Translations under genes and position numbers: made by a program
From: Candidatus Micrarchaeota archaeon
Lineage (GTDB): Archaea; Micrarchaeota; Micrarchaeia; Micrarchaeales; Micrarchaeaceae
DNA length: 64,000 nucleotides
Direction: 5' to 3'
NCBI GenBank assembly: GCA_021785805.1
Contig: JAJYEJ010000001.1
Location: 1,940-65,939, forward strand
Shown: positions 46,671 through 55,964 of the stretch, piece by piece
Layout: the number at the start of each line of letters is the position of its first letter
Position numbering within the stretch: the first letter of the stretch is position 1
Notes under the pieces: generated by a model
Databases searched by the model: none
Told to the model about the DNA's origin: nothing
What the model saw: only the letters and a program-made list of their open reading frames with translations

Positions 46671-47822
46671 TTATTTCTCGTATTCTTCCCTTATCTTTAC
46701 AGTCTTAGCCAGCTTCTTGTCGAATACCCTGAAGAAGTTCGCCCATGAGTATTTTTTCCTTACGGTGGCTATCCCCTTCTTTCCCATCTCCTTCGCGATT
46801 GATGGGTGCTCGGCGACATACTGCATCTTCTCGGCCATCTCCTCCTCGCTGTTTACCAGAAATCCTGTCTCTCCGTTATCGACCGTCTCCTTCGGCCCTC
46901 CCTCATTGACCGCTATTATAGGCTTCCTGCTGGACATCGCTTCCATAGGTATTAGCCCATAATCCTCGTTGATTGGGGTATACAGTATCGCAGTGGCCCT
47001 TGCCATCAGGTCCCTGTACCTGTCCTCTTCATAGTCGGTTATTATCTGCACGTCTCCGGTCTTCTTCGCGGCGTCGACCACCTTGAGGTAGTAGTTGTAG
47101 TAGAACCTGTCTTTTGAAAGTGCGCCCCCCAGCACCAGTTTGTATCCTTTCTTTTTCTTCTTGAACCTCTTGAACGCCTCTATAGCGTAGAGCTGCCTCT
47201 TGTTCGGGGAGAATCTTGACGGATAGAAGAAGTACTTGTCATTTCCATCGTTCCTGTATGTCTCGTATTCGATGCCCCCGTTTAGGACCTCAGCATCTTC
47301 CCTTCCGAAGTACTTCACAATCCTTGACCTGGTGTTTTCGCTGTTCGCGAGTATGACCTCGGCCTTCTTCGCCATCCTTTGGTCTATGAACCTCACTGCA
47401 CCGGCACCAGCTATGTAGACCGGCTTCTGATAGCCCTTCTTCAATGAGAGCCGGTACCGGTACATGTCCCATACCTCCCTCAATGGAGTGTGGCAGTACC
47501 AGAGCACTCCAGGGTTCTTGTTCCTTATCCAATGGCTTGGGGCTATATGCGCATTTATCACATCGTAGTCCTCCGTGATCTTGAACCCGTAGAATGAAAG
47601 CCCGTAGTTCAGCCCCTGAGCCGCCCTCCCATAAGGCAGGAGCCGGAACGCCTTGTTCTTCCCTATCACTTCCACATCAAGGTCCTTGAATTCGGGGAAT
47701 GTGCCTTCTGCGTCGTATTCCGCGGTGTATATCGGAGTATCGTAATGCTGGGCGATCTTGAGAAGCACACGCTCAGCCCCTCCTTTCAGGGTAAGGTTCG
47801 CCTGAGTCATGACTACCTTCAT
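46671..47822 (-). CDS. glycosyltransferase, GT4 (group 1) family
   Basis: EDYGLIPMEAMSSRKPIIAVNEGGPKETV is the E-x7-E region. 383 aa. Confidence 0.85.
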   Translation of the reverse strand: MKVVMTQANLTLKGGAERVLLKIAQHYDTPIYTAEYDAEGTFPEFKDLDVEVIGKNKAFRLLPYGRAAQGLNYGLSFYGFKITEDYDVINAHIAPSHWIRNKNPGVLWYCHTPLREVWDMYRYRLSLKKGYQKPVYIAGAGAVRFIDQRMAKKAEVILANSENTRSRIVKYFGREDAEVLNGGIEYETYRNDGNDKYFFYPSRFSPNKRQLYAIEAFKRFKKKKKGYKLVLGGALSKDRFYYNYYLKVVDAAKKTGDVQIITDYEEDRYRDLMARATAILYTPINEDYGLIPMEAMSSRKPIIAVNEGGPKETVDNGETGFLVNSEEEMAEKMQYVAEHPSIAKEMGKKGIATVRKKYSWANFFRVFDKKLAKTVKIREEYEK

Positions 47823-47851
47823 CGCACCACGGATACTCTTGTTGCGCTATT

Positions 47852-47860
47852 ATTATATAA
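47852..47860 (+). promoter_or_regulatory. TATA box for srp54
   Basis: attatataa lies about 34 nt upstream of ATG 47890. Confidence 0.4.
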
Positions 47861-47889
47861 CTTTAAGTAACGATAATAGTATCCCGACG

Positions 47890-49218
47890 ATGGGATACTC
47901 ATTAGGAAGGAAGACTGATGGCATGGACCTGGGAGAGGGGCTAAGGAAGGCCCTGGCAACGCTCACACGTTCTACGATAATAGATGCGAAGACGATAAGA
48001 GAGTTCAACAAGGAACTGCAGAAGACCCTTATCAGCGCTGACGTAGAGGTAGAGTTGGTGCTGAGATTTACCAGGGTCATAGAAGAGAAAGCGCTTAAGA
48101 GCAAACCTCCCGCAGGTCTCGCCCCTACCGACTACATAACGAACATCGTGTACGATGAGCTCGTAAGGCTGATGGGCCAGAGCTATGTACCGAAGCTGCA
48201 GAAAGGAAGGGTCCTCCTTATGGGTCTCTACGGCTCGGGAAAGACCACCACCGCAGCCAAGCTCGCCAAGTTCTATCAGGATAGAGGCATGAGCGCAGGT
48301 GTCATCTGCTGCGACGTCTCCAGGCCGGCTGCGTATGCGCAGCTTGAGACCCTGGCGAAGCAGGCCAATGTGGGATTCTTCGGGATAGATGGAGAGAGGG
48401 ATCCCGTCAAGATAGTCAAGAAGGGGCTTGCCGCGCTTAAGGATAAGAATGTTGTGATCTGCGACACTAGCGGAAGGAGCGCCCTGGATGATGCGCTCAT
48501 AGAGGAATTGAAGAGGGTAGCGGACGCATTCGAGCCGGAGGAAAGGATTCTCGTGATAAGCGCAGACATAGGGCAGGTGGCAGGGAGGCAGGCGAAAGCG
48601 TTTGACGAAGCGGTGAAGATATCGGGGGTAGTGGTAACGAAGATGGATGGCTCGGGCAGGGGAGGCGGGGCGTTGAGCGCGACTAACGCGGCAAACGCCA
48701 AGGTCATGTTCATAGGGATGGGAGAGAAGCTAGCTAATATAGAGCCATACGATTCTGAGAAGTTCATAGGCGGGCTGCTTGGCATGCCTGACATAGCGTC
48801 CTTGGTGTCCCATGTCCAGAACGCGATAAAGGAGGCCAACATCAAGCCAGAGGAGATGGAGCTTGACGACCTGAGTTACGACTCATTCTATACGCAGCTC
48901 AAGGCGATGGGCAGCATGGGCCCCCTCAAGAACATATTCGGCATGATGGGCATGCCAGACGCGCCGAAGGAGGTGATGGAGCAGAGCGAGGACAAGCTGA
49001 GGAAGTATAAGGTAATCATCGCATCGATGACAAGGGATGAGAGGAAGAACGGAAGGCTCCTCCATGAGCCTGGGAGGATAGGCAGGATAGCGAAGGGTGC
49101 CGGAGTGTCGGAGAGGGATGTCCACGCGTTGGTATCCGATTTCAACAAGATGAAAAAGATGTTCGACTCGATGAAGAACGACAGGAACTTCAAGAAGAGG
49201 TTTGCTAAGTTCATGTGA
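47890..49218 (+). CDS. srp54: signal recognition particle protein SRP54
   Basis: GLYGSGKTTT, DTSGR and a Met-rich M domain. The start is ATG 47890 (or 47923); the track start 47809 overlaps the divergent gene. Confidence 0.93.
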   Translation: MGYSLGRKTDGMDLGEGLRKALATLTRSTIIDAKTIREFNKELQKTLISADVEVELVLRFTRVIEEKALKSKPPAGLAPTDYITNIVYDELVRLMGQSYVPKLQKGRVLLMGLYGSGKTTTAAKLAKFYQDRGMSAGVICCDVSRPAAYAQLETLAKQANVGFFGIDGERDPVKIVKKGLAALKDKNVVICDTSGRSALDDALIEELKRVADAFEPEERILVISADIGQVAGRQAKAFDEAVKISGVVVTKMDGSGRGGGALSATNAANAKVMFIGMGEKLANIEPYDSEKFIGGLLGMPDIASLVSHVQNAIKEANIKPEEMELDDLSYDSFYTQLKAMGSMGPLKNIFGMMGMPDAPKEVMEQSEDKLRKYKVIIASMTRDERKNGRLLHEPGRIGRIAKGAGVSERDVHALVSDFNKMKKMFDSMKNDRNFKKRFAKFM

Positions 49219-49236
49219 TTGACAGGGTGGCGCAAC

Positions 49237-50340
49237 ATGGTACAGGACAAGGATACTCTTGAGAAAAAGATACAGGATCTCGAGGAGGAGTATTCTAAGA
49301 CGAAGGACAACAAGAAGACCAATTACCACATAGGAAGGATCCGCTTCAAGATCGCACAGGCGAAACACGACCTGGTGATTGCAAGCAAGAAGATCCACGG
49401 GGAGGGCTTCTTCGTCAAGAAGACTGGCGATGCCACAGTGGCTCTGGTCGGCTTCCCTAGCGCTGGCAAGTCCTCGATTATAAACGTGATAGCCAATACA
49501 AGCTCCAAGACCGCGCAGTATGCCTTCACCACCACCAAGATAATTCCCGGAACGATGGTCCACAAGGATTCCCACATACAGGTGTTCGACATGCCCGGGT
49601 TGATAGAGGATGCGCACCTCGGGAAGGGAGGAGGAAGGATGGTGATAAGCGCCGCTAAGGTAGCTGACCTGATAGTTTTCGTCATAGACATAAACCAGAC
49701 ACAGCAGTTTGAAAAGCTCATGAAGGAATTGAACTCCCTTGAGATACACATAAACAAGAAGAGACCTTACATACAGATTAACGAGCAGACCACAGGAGGG
49801 ATAAGGGTGGAGGTCAACAAGTCAGGCCTTCCGGAAGATGACATAAAGGAGATACTCATGGGGCTCGGGATGCATAATGTCATAATCTCCATATGGGGAT
49901 TGGTGGACGAGGATGAATTCATATCGATAGTGTCGGGAAGGGCGATCTACATGAAGGCCATAATGGCGCTCAACAAGATAGATATGAGCAAGGACTACCA
50001 CAAGATAGCGGCAGAGCTTTCGAAGAGGTACAGCATAGAGGTAGTGCCCATAAGCGCCACTAACAGGACAAACACCGACTACCTCAAGGATAGGATATAC
50101 GACAACCTCGGGATAATAACCGTTTACCTGAAGCATAAGCTTGAAGAGGAAAGGATGCCTATGGTGCTCGGCAAAGGAGCTACGGTCATCGATGCAGCGA
50201 AGAAATTCCATGCACATATAGTGGACGAGCTCAACTGTGCGTCGATCACCGGACCAAGCGCGAAGTTCCCCAATCAGAGAGTTGGGGTGGCTCACGTGCT
50301 GAAGGCGGGGGACGTCATCACATTCATAAGAAACAGATGA
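49237..50340 (+). CDS. DRG/Obg-family GTP-binding protein with a C-terminal TGS domain
   Basis: GFPSAGKSS, DMPGLIE and NKID motifs, with a C-terminal TGS-like GDVITFI. Start at ATG 49237. Confidence 0.85.
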   Translation: MVQDKDTLEKKIQDLEEEYSKTKDNKKTNYHIGRIRFKIAQAKHDLVIASKKIHGEGFFVKKTGDATVALVGFPSAGKSSIINVIANTSSKTAQYAFTTTKIIPGTMVHKDSHIQVFDMPGLIEDAHLGKGGGRMVISAAKVADLIVFVIDINQTQQFEKLMKELNSLEIHINKKRPYIQINEQTTGGIRVEVNKSGLPEDDIKEILMGLGMHNVIISIWGLVDEDEFISIVSGRAIYMKAIMALNKIDMSKDYHKIAAELSKRYSIEVVPISATNRTNTDYLKDRIYDNLGIITVYLKHKLEEERMPMVLGKGATVIDAAKKFHAHIVDELNCASITGPSAKFPNQRVGVAHVLKAGDVITFIRNR

Positions 50341-50375
50341 CCATTTTCCTGGAGTGGCTGCCCGAGCAACCCGAT

Positions 50376-51572
50376 TCACACGAATAGCCCGGCGAACACC
50401 TTTGCATCGTCAACCATGTCCTTTATCCTCAGGAACTCGTTGGGCTGGTGGGCTATATCTTCACCTGTGAACCACACCACGGAATCGAACCCTTTCCTCC
50501 TGAAGAACGCGGCACATGTGCCTCCGCCTATCCCTATAGGGATGGCGTCTATCCCCCTCTGGGACTTAAGCACACCCTTTAGGAGTACGACCACCTCTGA
50601 ATTCTCGCTTGTGGGTTTCGTCGCCTCTTCTTTCTGTATCTGCTCGAATTGTATCTGCACTGGAGAGAACTCCGGGCTCTTCGCTACGGCTTCTATGTCA
50701 TTCATCACGTCGTCGATCCTGTAGTCCGGAAGTATCCTACAATCTAGATACGACACCTCCTTCCCGGGCACTATGTTGGTGCTGTCTATGTTCTTCTCGT
50801 GCTTGGTCATCTCGAATGTCGACTTCGGGGTGTTGAACATGCCATTAGACTTAGTGTACTTGCTGTGCAGCAGCTCGTCCACCTTGTTCAGGAACCTTAT
50901 GGAGTACCTATATGCGTTGACACCCATATCCGGCGTGCTGGCGTGCACCTGTCGCCCATTGAACGTTATCTTCAGCCAGAGTGAGCTCTTCTCGGCGACC
51001 TCTATCGCCTTCCCGTCAGCCGTGCTCGAGTCCGGAACGAAGAACATGTCCTCTTTCCCGAAGATGTTCTCCCCTAGGAGTTTCTGTATCCCGTACTTGC
51101 TGCCCAGCTCTTCATCGGCCACGAATACGAGCCCGAAGTTGTACTTCATGTTTGATCGCGACTCCTTGAGCGCCTTCAACGCATACATGCTTGAGACCAA
51201 TGGCTGCCCGTCGTCGATCGTGCCTCTCCCGTAGATCATACCATCGGTTATCGTCGCCTTGAACGGGTCGGTCTTCCATAGGCTTAGGTCTCCTTCCGAT
51301 ACCGTGTCCATATGCGAGACCACCCATATTGTGCGATCTTTGTCCCCGAATTTGACTACAAGGTTTGGCCTTCCCACGCCATGCTCATCCTTGTAATCGT
51401 ATCTATCGGTCTTGAATCCCCACGACTCCAGGATTGATTGCAGGAAATCTGCCCTTTTCCCCTCCCCCTCTCCGCCGCTTGCGGGCGATATCGCCTTTAT
51501 CGCTATCATCTTCGATATGGTGTCTACCATGCCCTGCTCATATGAACCAATAAGCTCGTTTAGTTCTACCAT
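50376..51572 (-). CDS. M20-family metallopeptidase (ArgE/DapE-like)
   Basis: SHMDTV, VADEELGS and a dimerisation-domain-sized insert. Start at ATG 51572. Confidence 0.8.
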   Translation of the reverse strand: MVELNELIGSYEQGMVDTISKMIAIKAISPASGGEGEGKRADFLQSILESWGFKTDRYDYKDEHGVGRPNLVVKFGDKDRTIWVVSHMDTVSEGDLSLWKTDPFKATITDGMIYGRGTIDDGQPLVSSMYALKALKESRSNMKYNFGLVFVADEELGSKYGIQKLLGENIFGKEDMFFVPDSSTADGKAIEVAEKSSLWLKITFNGRQVHASTPDMGVNAYRYSIRFLNKVDELLHSKYTKSNGMFNTPKSTFEMTKHEKNIDSTNIVPGKEVSYLDCRILPDYRIDDVMNDIEAVAKSPEFSPVQIQFEQIQKEEATKPTSENSEVVVLLKGVLKSQRGIDAIPIGIGGGTCAAFFRRKGFDSVVWFTGEDIAHQPNEFLRIKDMVDDAKVFAGLFV

Positions 51573-51747
51573 GCTGACACCCACCAGATATGAGTATTCT
51601 ATCCTAAACGTATAATAAGTTGGTGTGCGACTCCGTCATATTCTTATCCGACAAGCCCGGATGCGGACCGTGAATTACAGTGTTCCGGATTTATGGAATA
51701 ATGTTAAATAACCTTGGTGATATTCTTTTCTTGCGACCGGTGATAGC

Positions 51748-52221
51748 ATGTCGATAAAGTATTGGGAGTATGAAGATGCACCGATGAAGGACAAGCTGAA
51801 GAAGGTAAATGTCAAGGATGTCGCCAGCATATTCTTCGATAACGAGACCGAGGCTTACAGATTCTCCGTGCTGCTGCTTGAGGTTAAGAAGAAAGGCGCG
51901 CTAAGGCTGAAGGAGGTGCCGAAGATGATACCCATAGCCACTGCAAAGCGTTACCTTGATTATGGTGTTGAGATAGGACTGTTGAAACATGAGAACAGCG
52001 CATATGCGCTTACCGATAGGTTCTCCAGGCCTTTCAGGAATATTGCCACATACATAAAGGCGTGGATGGACAGCCAGGCCGAGGAGGAGCTTAACACGCA
52101 GTTCATAAGCGCAAAAACCGACAAACAGATAAAGCGCGGGGGCAGGGTAAAGACCGATTCTGAGGATACGGTTAAGGAGGCAGCCCCAGCCGCAGAGACG
52201 GAGGAAGCGATCAACCCATAG
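51748..52221 (+). CDS. hypothetical protein, possible winged-helix
   Basis: 157-aa coding-like ORF. IATAKRYLDYGVEIGLLKHENSAYALT resembles a wHTH recognition helix and wing. No family recognised. Confidence 0.45.
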   Translation: MSIKYWEYEDAPMKDKLKKVNVKDVASIFFDNETEAYRFSVLLLEVKKKGALRLKEVPKMIPIATAKRYLDYGVEIGLLKHENSAYALTDRFSRPFRNIATYIKAWMDSQAEEELNTQFISAKTDKQIKRGGRVKTDSEDTVKEAAPAAETEEAINP

Positions 52222-52227
52222 TGAGGA

Positions 52228-53109
52228 CTACACGAATGTGGAGAGCGGAACGGTCTTTTCCGGGTCCGGCTTGATACGGCTTACATGGTAGTCGCTGCCT
52301 ACTGCGAGCTTGCCATCTTCACTTAACACTATGCCTGAATGGCTGAGCAAGTTAGTCTTTTCCTTGCCCTGCCTTATCCATCCTCGCGCCAGTTCCCCCA
52401 GCAGCCTCTTCCCGTGCGATGTAGTGGAGAATAGGAGCTGCGACGTGTCCTTCATCGAAAGGGACATTATCAGGGAGGATCCGACATCCACGAACATATA
52501 GTCCAGAAGCCGCGCCAGGGAGCGCAATGCCTCCTCTTCTCTAATGCCAAAGGTCCGCATGGCTTCCGTTACCAATGATGCCTGGTGCCTTCCGGAGCCA
52601 TTCAGCAATATCAGTATGCCTATATCAGTGGCGCCTATGCATTCGCCATCAGGCTCCGCATCGACATTCGCCACAGCAGTGGATGCAAACAGGGTGTCCG
52701 TTATCTCTGCGATCTGACCTGCAAGGACCTTGCTTATGTTCGCCAGTGCCTTTTCCCTATCGTCGGTCGCCTTGTCGTTGCGAAGCAGCCAGTCCAGCGC
52801 CTTCCTGTTTTTAGCGGTAAGCGTAAATGCGGTGACAGGCACAGGTTCCTGCGCGCCAGACGTAGACGGTATGCTTAAGTCCACAGTGCCTACCCTCTCT
52901 GCGCTCCTGAGTTCGGTCAACACGCTCTTTGGCAGATCATAACTGGTATCGCTGTCAAGCCAATCCACCCACAGGTTGGTTAATGCACCCATATAGTGCA
53001 GGGTGAGAAGCGCCTTCGCCGCCTGTGGGTCGCGTTTTACTATGCTGTCATCCCTTAGACTGCCTCTCCTCTTTTTGCCTACGTTGGATATCCCTCTGGT
53101 AACCGACAT
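52228..53109 (-). CDS. hypothetical protein
   Basis: Long ORF with protein-like composition. ATG at 53109 (the track uses GTG 53136). No recognisable motif. Confidence 0.45.
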   Translation of the reverse strand: MSVTRGISNVGKKRRGSLRDDSIVKRDPQAAKALLTLHYMGALTNLWVDWLDSDTSYDLPKSVLTELRSAERVGTVDLSIPSTSGAQEPVPVTAFTLTAKNRKALDWLLRNDKATDDREKALANISKVLAGQIAEITDTLFASTAVANVDAEPDGECIGATDIGILILLNGSGRHQASLVTEAMRTFGIREEEALRSLARLLDYMFVDVGSSLIMSLSMKDTSQLLFSTTSHGKRLLGELARGWIRQGKEKTNLLSHSGIVLSEDGKLAVGSDYHVSRIKPDPEKTVPLSTFV

Positions 53110-53357
53110 TTGATGCCTCTCTGGATTAAACAGCACAATGCATCAGAAACACCTAATATTTATTATTTATGAACGGCGGTCCGCATATGGATGGAGGAGG
53201 GGATGCGCAGCGAATGGAAGCAGAGGAGGCTTTCGAGGGTATTTAAAGCTTGCCACGCCGTTTAAGCAAAACGGCATCTATAATAATCTGCTTCTGAAGC
53301 GGAACAACCGCATGCGCCTTTTTATTGCCACATTGTTATAGTCCTATGGTGATACCC

Positions 53358-53534
53358 ATGGCAAAGAGTTTCGCATGCAAAGACATAGGGATGTCTTGTG
53401 GCTTCAAGGCAAGGGCTGAAAGCGAGAAAGAATTAATGATGAAGATAGCAGACCATGCCAAGAAAGCGCATAAGATGGAGCAGATCGACGACGCGACGAT
53501 GTCGAAAGTCAAGGCCGCGATAAAGGAGGCCTAG
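53358..53534 (+). CDS. DUF1059-family small protein
   Basis: MAKSFACKDIGMSCGFKARAESEKELMMKIADHAKKAH matches the DUF1059 pattern (F.C.d.G..C.f...a....E....v..H....H). Confidence 0.7.
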   Translation: MAKSFACKDIGMSCGFKARAESEKELMMKIADHAKKAHKMEQIDDATMSKVKAAIKEA

Positions 53535-53538
53535 CTGA

Positions 53539-53570
53539 TTTTTCTTTCTTTTTCCCTTTTATCCCATTTT
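53539..53570 (+). terminator. T-rich terminator region
   Basis: tttttctttctttttccctttt follows directly after the stop at 53534. Confidence 0.45.
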
Positions 53571-53574
53571 ACCA

Positions 53575-54507
53575 TTATTGCGTGCCGGCCGGTTGTGGAT
53601 TATGGTCATGGTTGTGGCTGTTTGATGGAGCCGCAAGCATCTCCTCTATATCAGGCATCCTCCTGTACTTGATCCTGCGGTAGGCATTCATTATCCTGGA
53701 CTTTATCTTTCCTATAAGCGAGGTGCTGACTATCTCGTACCTTACGAATATCAGGTTCTGCAATCGTTTGAGGTCATTCGCCCAATCCAGCAGTTTCTCT
53801 CCGCTATGAAGAAGCCTTCTTTTTGCGGTCGCCTGGACCGTCGCTCTCTTGATGTTGTTTTTCTCTTCAAGAAGGCCCGGAAGCGAGAACCCGAAAGATG
53901 CAAGTGTCACAATCGGTATCACCTTTGACGCCAGGTTAAGCGTACTTGACGGAATGACCGACAGGCCCTCGAGAGAGATATCGACGAACTCCGATGCCAT
54001 GCCGGCGGTCAATATCGTAAAGCTCAACAGGGACTTCGCCCTGCTTGCGGAGATTTCGGCGAGCACCTCGTTGGTCAGGAGCTGGTCCTTTGCCACCTTA
54101 TGGAACGCGGCGAACTGGTCATTGTCTGCTTCGAGCTCCTTCCTTCTCCTGTCTATGTAGCTACTGTACTTCGCCTTGTCCGCAGGGGAAAGATCCGACA
54201 ATGACACCTCGTCTTCTATGGCATCAAGGACTGCAAGCTCTTTCTCCACCCCCAATTTACGGTATATCCTCAACACACCGTATCTGCCTACCCTGTCCTC
54301 TTGATCCCTGAGGTCGCCCCTTAGGCCTATCTGTGAGGAGCGTGCAACACCGGATATCCTGGCGGTATCAGCCTTCACCGCGCCAACGGTCTTCCAGAAT
54401 TCCGATTCGAAAGCCTCTGGACCTAGCCTGTCCGGATTAGGCATGACGAGCTCTCTGTTACCCACCACGACCGTAGTTACTTTCTCCCTTCTCCTAGCCA
54501 CATACAT
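53575..54507 (-). CDS. hypothetical protein with a central hydrophobic region and a His-rich C-terminal tail
   Basis: 310-aa ORF. It has hydrophobic segments (LLSFTILTAGMA, VIPIVTLASFGFSLPGLL) and the tail SNSHNHDHNPQP. No family recognised. Confidence 0.45.
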   Translation of the reverse strand: MYVARRREKVTTVVVGNRELVMPNPDRLGPEAFESEFWKTVGAVKADTARISGVARSSQIGLRGDLRDQEDRVGRYGVLRIYRKLGVEKELAVLDAIEDEVSLSDLSPADKAKYSSYIDRRRKELEADNDQFAAFHKVAKDQLLTNEVLAEISASRAKSLLSFTILTAGMASEFVDISLEGLSVIPSSTLNLASKVIPIVTLASFGFSLPGLLEEKNNIKRATVQATAKRRLLHSGEKLLDWANDLKRLQNLIFVRYEIVSTSLIGKIKSRIMNAYRRIKYRRMPDIEEMLAAPSNSHNHDHNPQPAGTQ

Positions 54508-54547
54508 AAGTATCGTAATCGATGGTATATGTCCTGATATTTAAGCG

Positions 54548-54883
54548 TTGTTTTACGACTTCGTCTGCCTTTCTAAACTAGACTGTTCTGGCGAAACCCT
54601 TGGGACATTGCCGCACGAGGCCGACAGGTTCGCCACTATTGTGGAAGACGAGCCGATAGGGAAGGCGCTTTTCAATGAGAGCCAGCTTGAGGCTACGCTT
54701 GCCGCGCTTGTCGCAGAGGTAGTGGAGATGAAGTCTCTAACCAATATGGACCTGGCCCAGATGAACTGGACGCCTTATGAGCAGATGACGCAGGTGGTGG
54801 AGCTGCCGGACGTCGAATCTCGCGTATATGCAAGAGCCGTTAAGGAGACCCGGTCTGCACATGGGCTCGGCATCTGCACATAG
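54548..54883 (+). CDS. hypothetical protein
   Basis: 111-aa acidic ORF ending 37 nt before attL. Weak support. Confidence 0.3.
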   Translation: MFYDFVCLSKLDCSGETLGTLPHEADRFATIVEDEPIGKALFNESQLEATLAALVAEVVEMKSLTNMDLAQMNWTPYEQMTQVVELPDVESRVYARAVKETRSAHGLGICT

Positions 54884-54919
54884 AAAGGAACAGTAATGAT
54901 TGGCTTTCCCATAAGCACA

Positions 54920-54954
54920 AGGCGGGCCCGGCGGGATTTGAACCCGCGACCTAC
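54920..54954. repeat. attL: orphan copy of the tRNA-Arg 3' segment
   Basis: aggcgggcccggcgggatttgaacccgcgacctac is identical to 59910-59944. No tRNA 5' half is adjacent. Confidence 0.9.
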
Positions 54955-55005
54955 TGAAGCACTAGAATTTACGCCGTAAATTCCCAAACTAGTAAAATCC
55001 TGCAT
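54920..55005 (-). pseudogene. Int(N): N-terminal fragment of the partitioned integrase
   Basis: The minus-strand ATG at 55005 (an alternative start is 55038) reads MQDFTSLGIYGVNSSAS, then VGRGFKSRRARL across attL, in the same frame used at attR. Beyond att the track ORF (54775-55038) runs on into chromosomal sequence. Confidence 0.65.
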
Positions 55006-55066
55006 TTTACGCACCCTCAATCGAACCCGACATTCCAAGCAGAATATGAAAACTGAACCTTAAATA

Positions 55067-55798
55067 TCAAGCGGGTTCAGTTTTGGTGGCCTGCTTCGTC
55101 TCATTTTGGTTTTTGAATTGTTGCCTGGCTTCTTTTGGAACTTTTGGCCAGTGGAGTTTTTCTAAAATGTGGCTCGCTTTCGCTTTAAAAATCGGATTCA
55201 AGTCAAAGTCTTGTTTTGTCGCCAAAATTCCTAGCGTCGTGCAGAAGAATACAACGATATTTGCCCCATGTTCTTTTAATAGGTCAAATACTACCTGCGT
55301 AGTGGCCCCACTAGTCGTTGCATTGTCAAAAACAAGAATATTTTTGCCTGTGAGCTCTCTAGTAACGTCTAAAGAGTCTTTAATGTTTAGAATCCTCTCT
55401 TCCTTTGTTTTAATCCCATGCTGCGCCGCTGTAGTCCGTATGCGTTTTATTGTGTTCGTATCTACAGGCACATGAGTTTTTTCGCCAAATGTTGTAGCGA
55501 GCGAAATCATATTTTGATTGATTGTGTCCTTTTCATGTTTCGGTATCACACAGATAAGGTCAAAACTTATGTCATCTTTGAATCGTTCAACATAGAGGTT
55601 ATAAAAACGATTTAAAAAATAGTCTGAATCATTTCCGTATTTGTAGAAGTACACCGCTCTTTTGGTGAAAGGATCATCTACTGTACTCTTTGGCACATGG
55701 TGCCCAAGTCCAAAAACAGGAACAACTTTGTTGCAGTGCTTACATTTTTGGCCTCTGTAGTACGAGTATTCGTATCCGGGTTCTATCTTGTTCATCAT
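55067..55798 (-). CDS. ComF-like phosphoribosyltransferase-fold protein with an N-terminal Cys/His cluster
   Basis: PRTase loop ILVFDNATTSGATT. The preceding RIRTTAAQHGIKTKEERILNIKDSLDV fits the ComF pattern (R....Q..l....R..N....F.v). The N-terminus has CKHCNK...GLGHH. Confidence 0.65.
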   Translation of the reverse strand: MMNKIEPGYEYSYYRGQKCKHCNKVVPVFGLGHHVPKSTVDDPFTKRAVYFYKYGNDSDYFLNRFYNLYVERFKDDISFDLICVIPKHEKDTINQNMISLATTFGEKTHVPVDTNTIKRIRTTAAQHGIKTKEERILNIKDSLDVTRELTGKNILVFDNATTSGATTQVVFDLLKEHGANIVVFFCTTLGILATKQDFDLNPIFKAKASHILEKLHWPKVPKEARQQFKNQNETKQATKTEPA

Positions 55799-55894
55799 CC
55801 CTACCTACTATACATCTTTTTTGGTCGCCCATCATCCTCGCCTATCGCCTTCTACTTAATGCTTAGGGGAACAAGTATTTAAAGATTTCCTTCT

Positions 55895-55925
55895 ACAATA
55901 TATTGTGTTTTATGCAATATATTGC
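55895..55925. promoter_or_regulatory. two 12-bp perfect palindromes in the divergent comF-like/dprA intergenic region
   Basis: acaatatattgt (55895-55906) and gcaatatattgc (55914-55925), 19 bp centre to centre. A tatttaaag TATA-like box lies at 55876-55884. Confidence 0.5.
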
Positions 55926-55964
55926 ATTCATGTGTTTAGGTGAATTTGGTGTTGGTGTTGGCTT

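Noticed and set aside
48883-49749. A 288-aa minus-strand ORF (and 48888-49322, 49323-49757) opposite srp54 and the DRG GTPase.
   Set aside because: It lies antisense to genes with unambiguous motifs. Its composition (Leu/His/Arg/Tyr-rich, no motifs) is typical of the shadow frame of GA-rich codons. The same reasoning applies to most other long antisense ORFs in the track, for example 9902-10723, 355-768 and 36428-37003.
54775-55038. An 87-aa ORF from the track spanning attL.
   Set aside because: It is a chimera. Its first ~40 aa are the Int(N) fragment reading through att. The remainder is read-through into chromosomal sequence antisense to the 54548-54883 ORF. It is not an independent gene.
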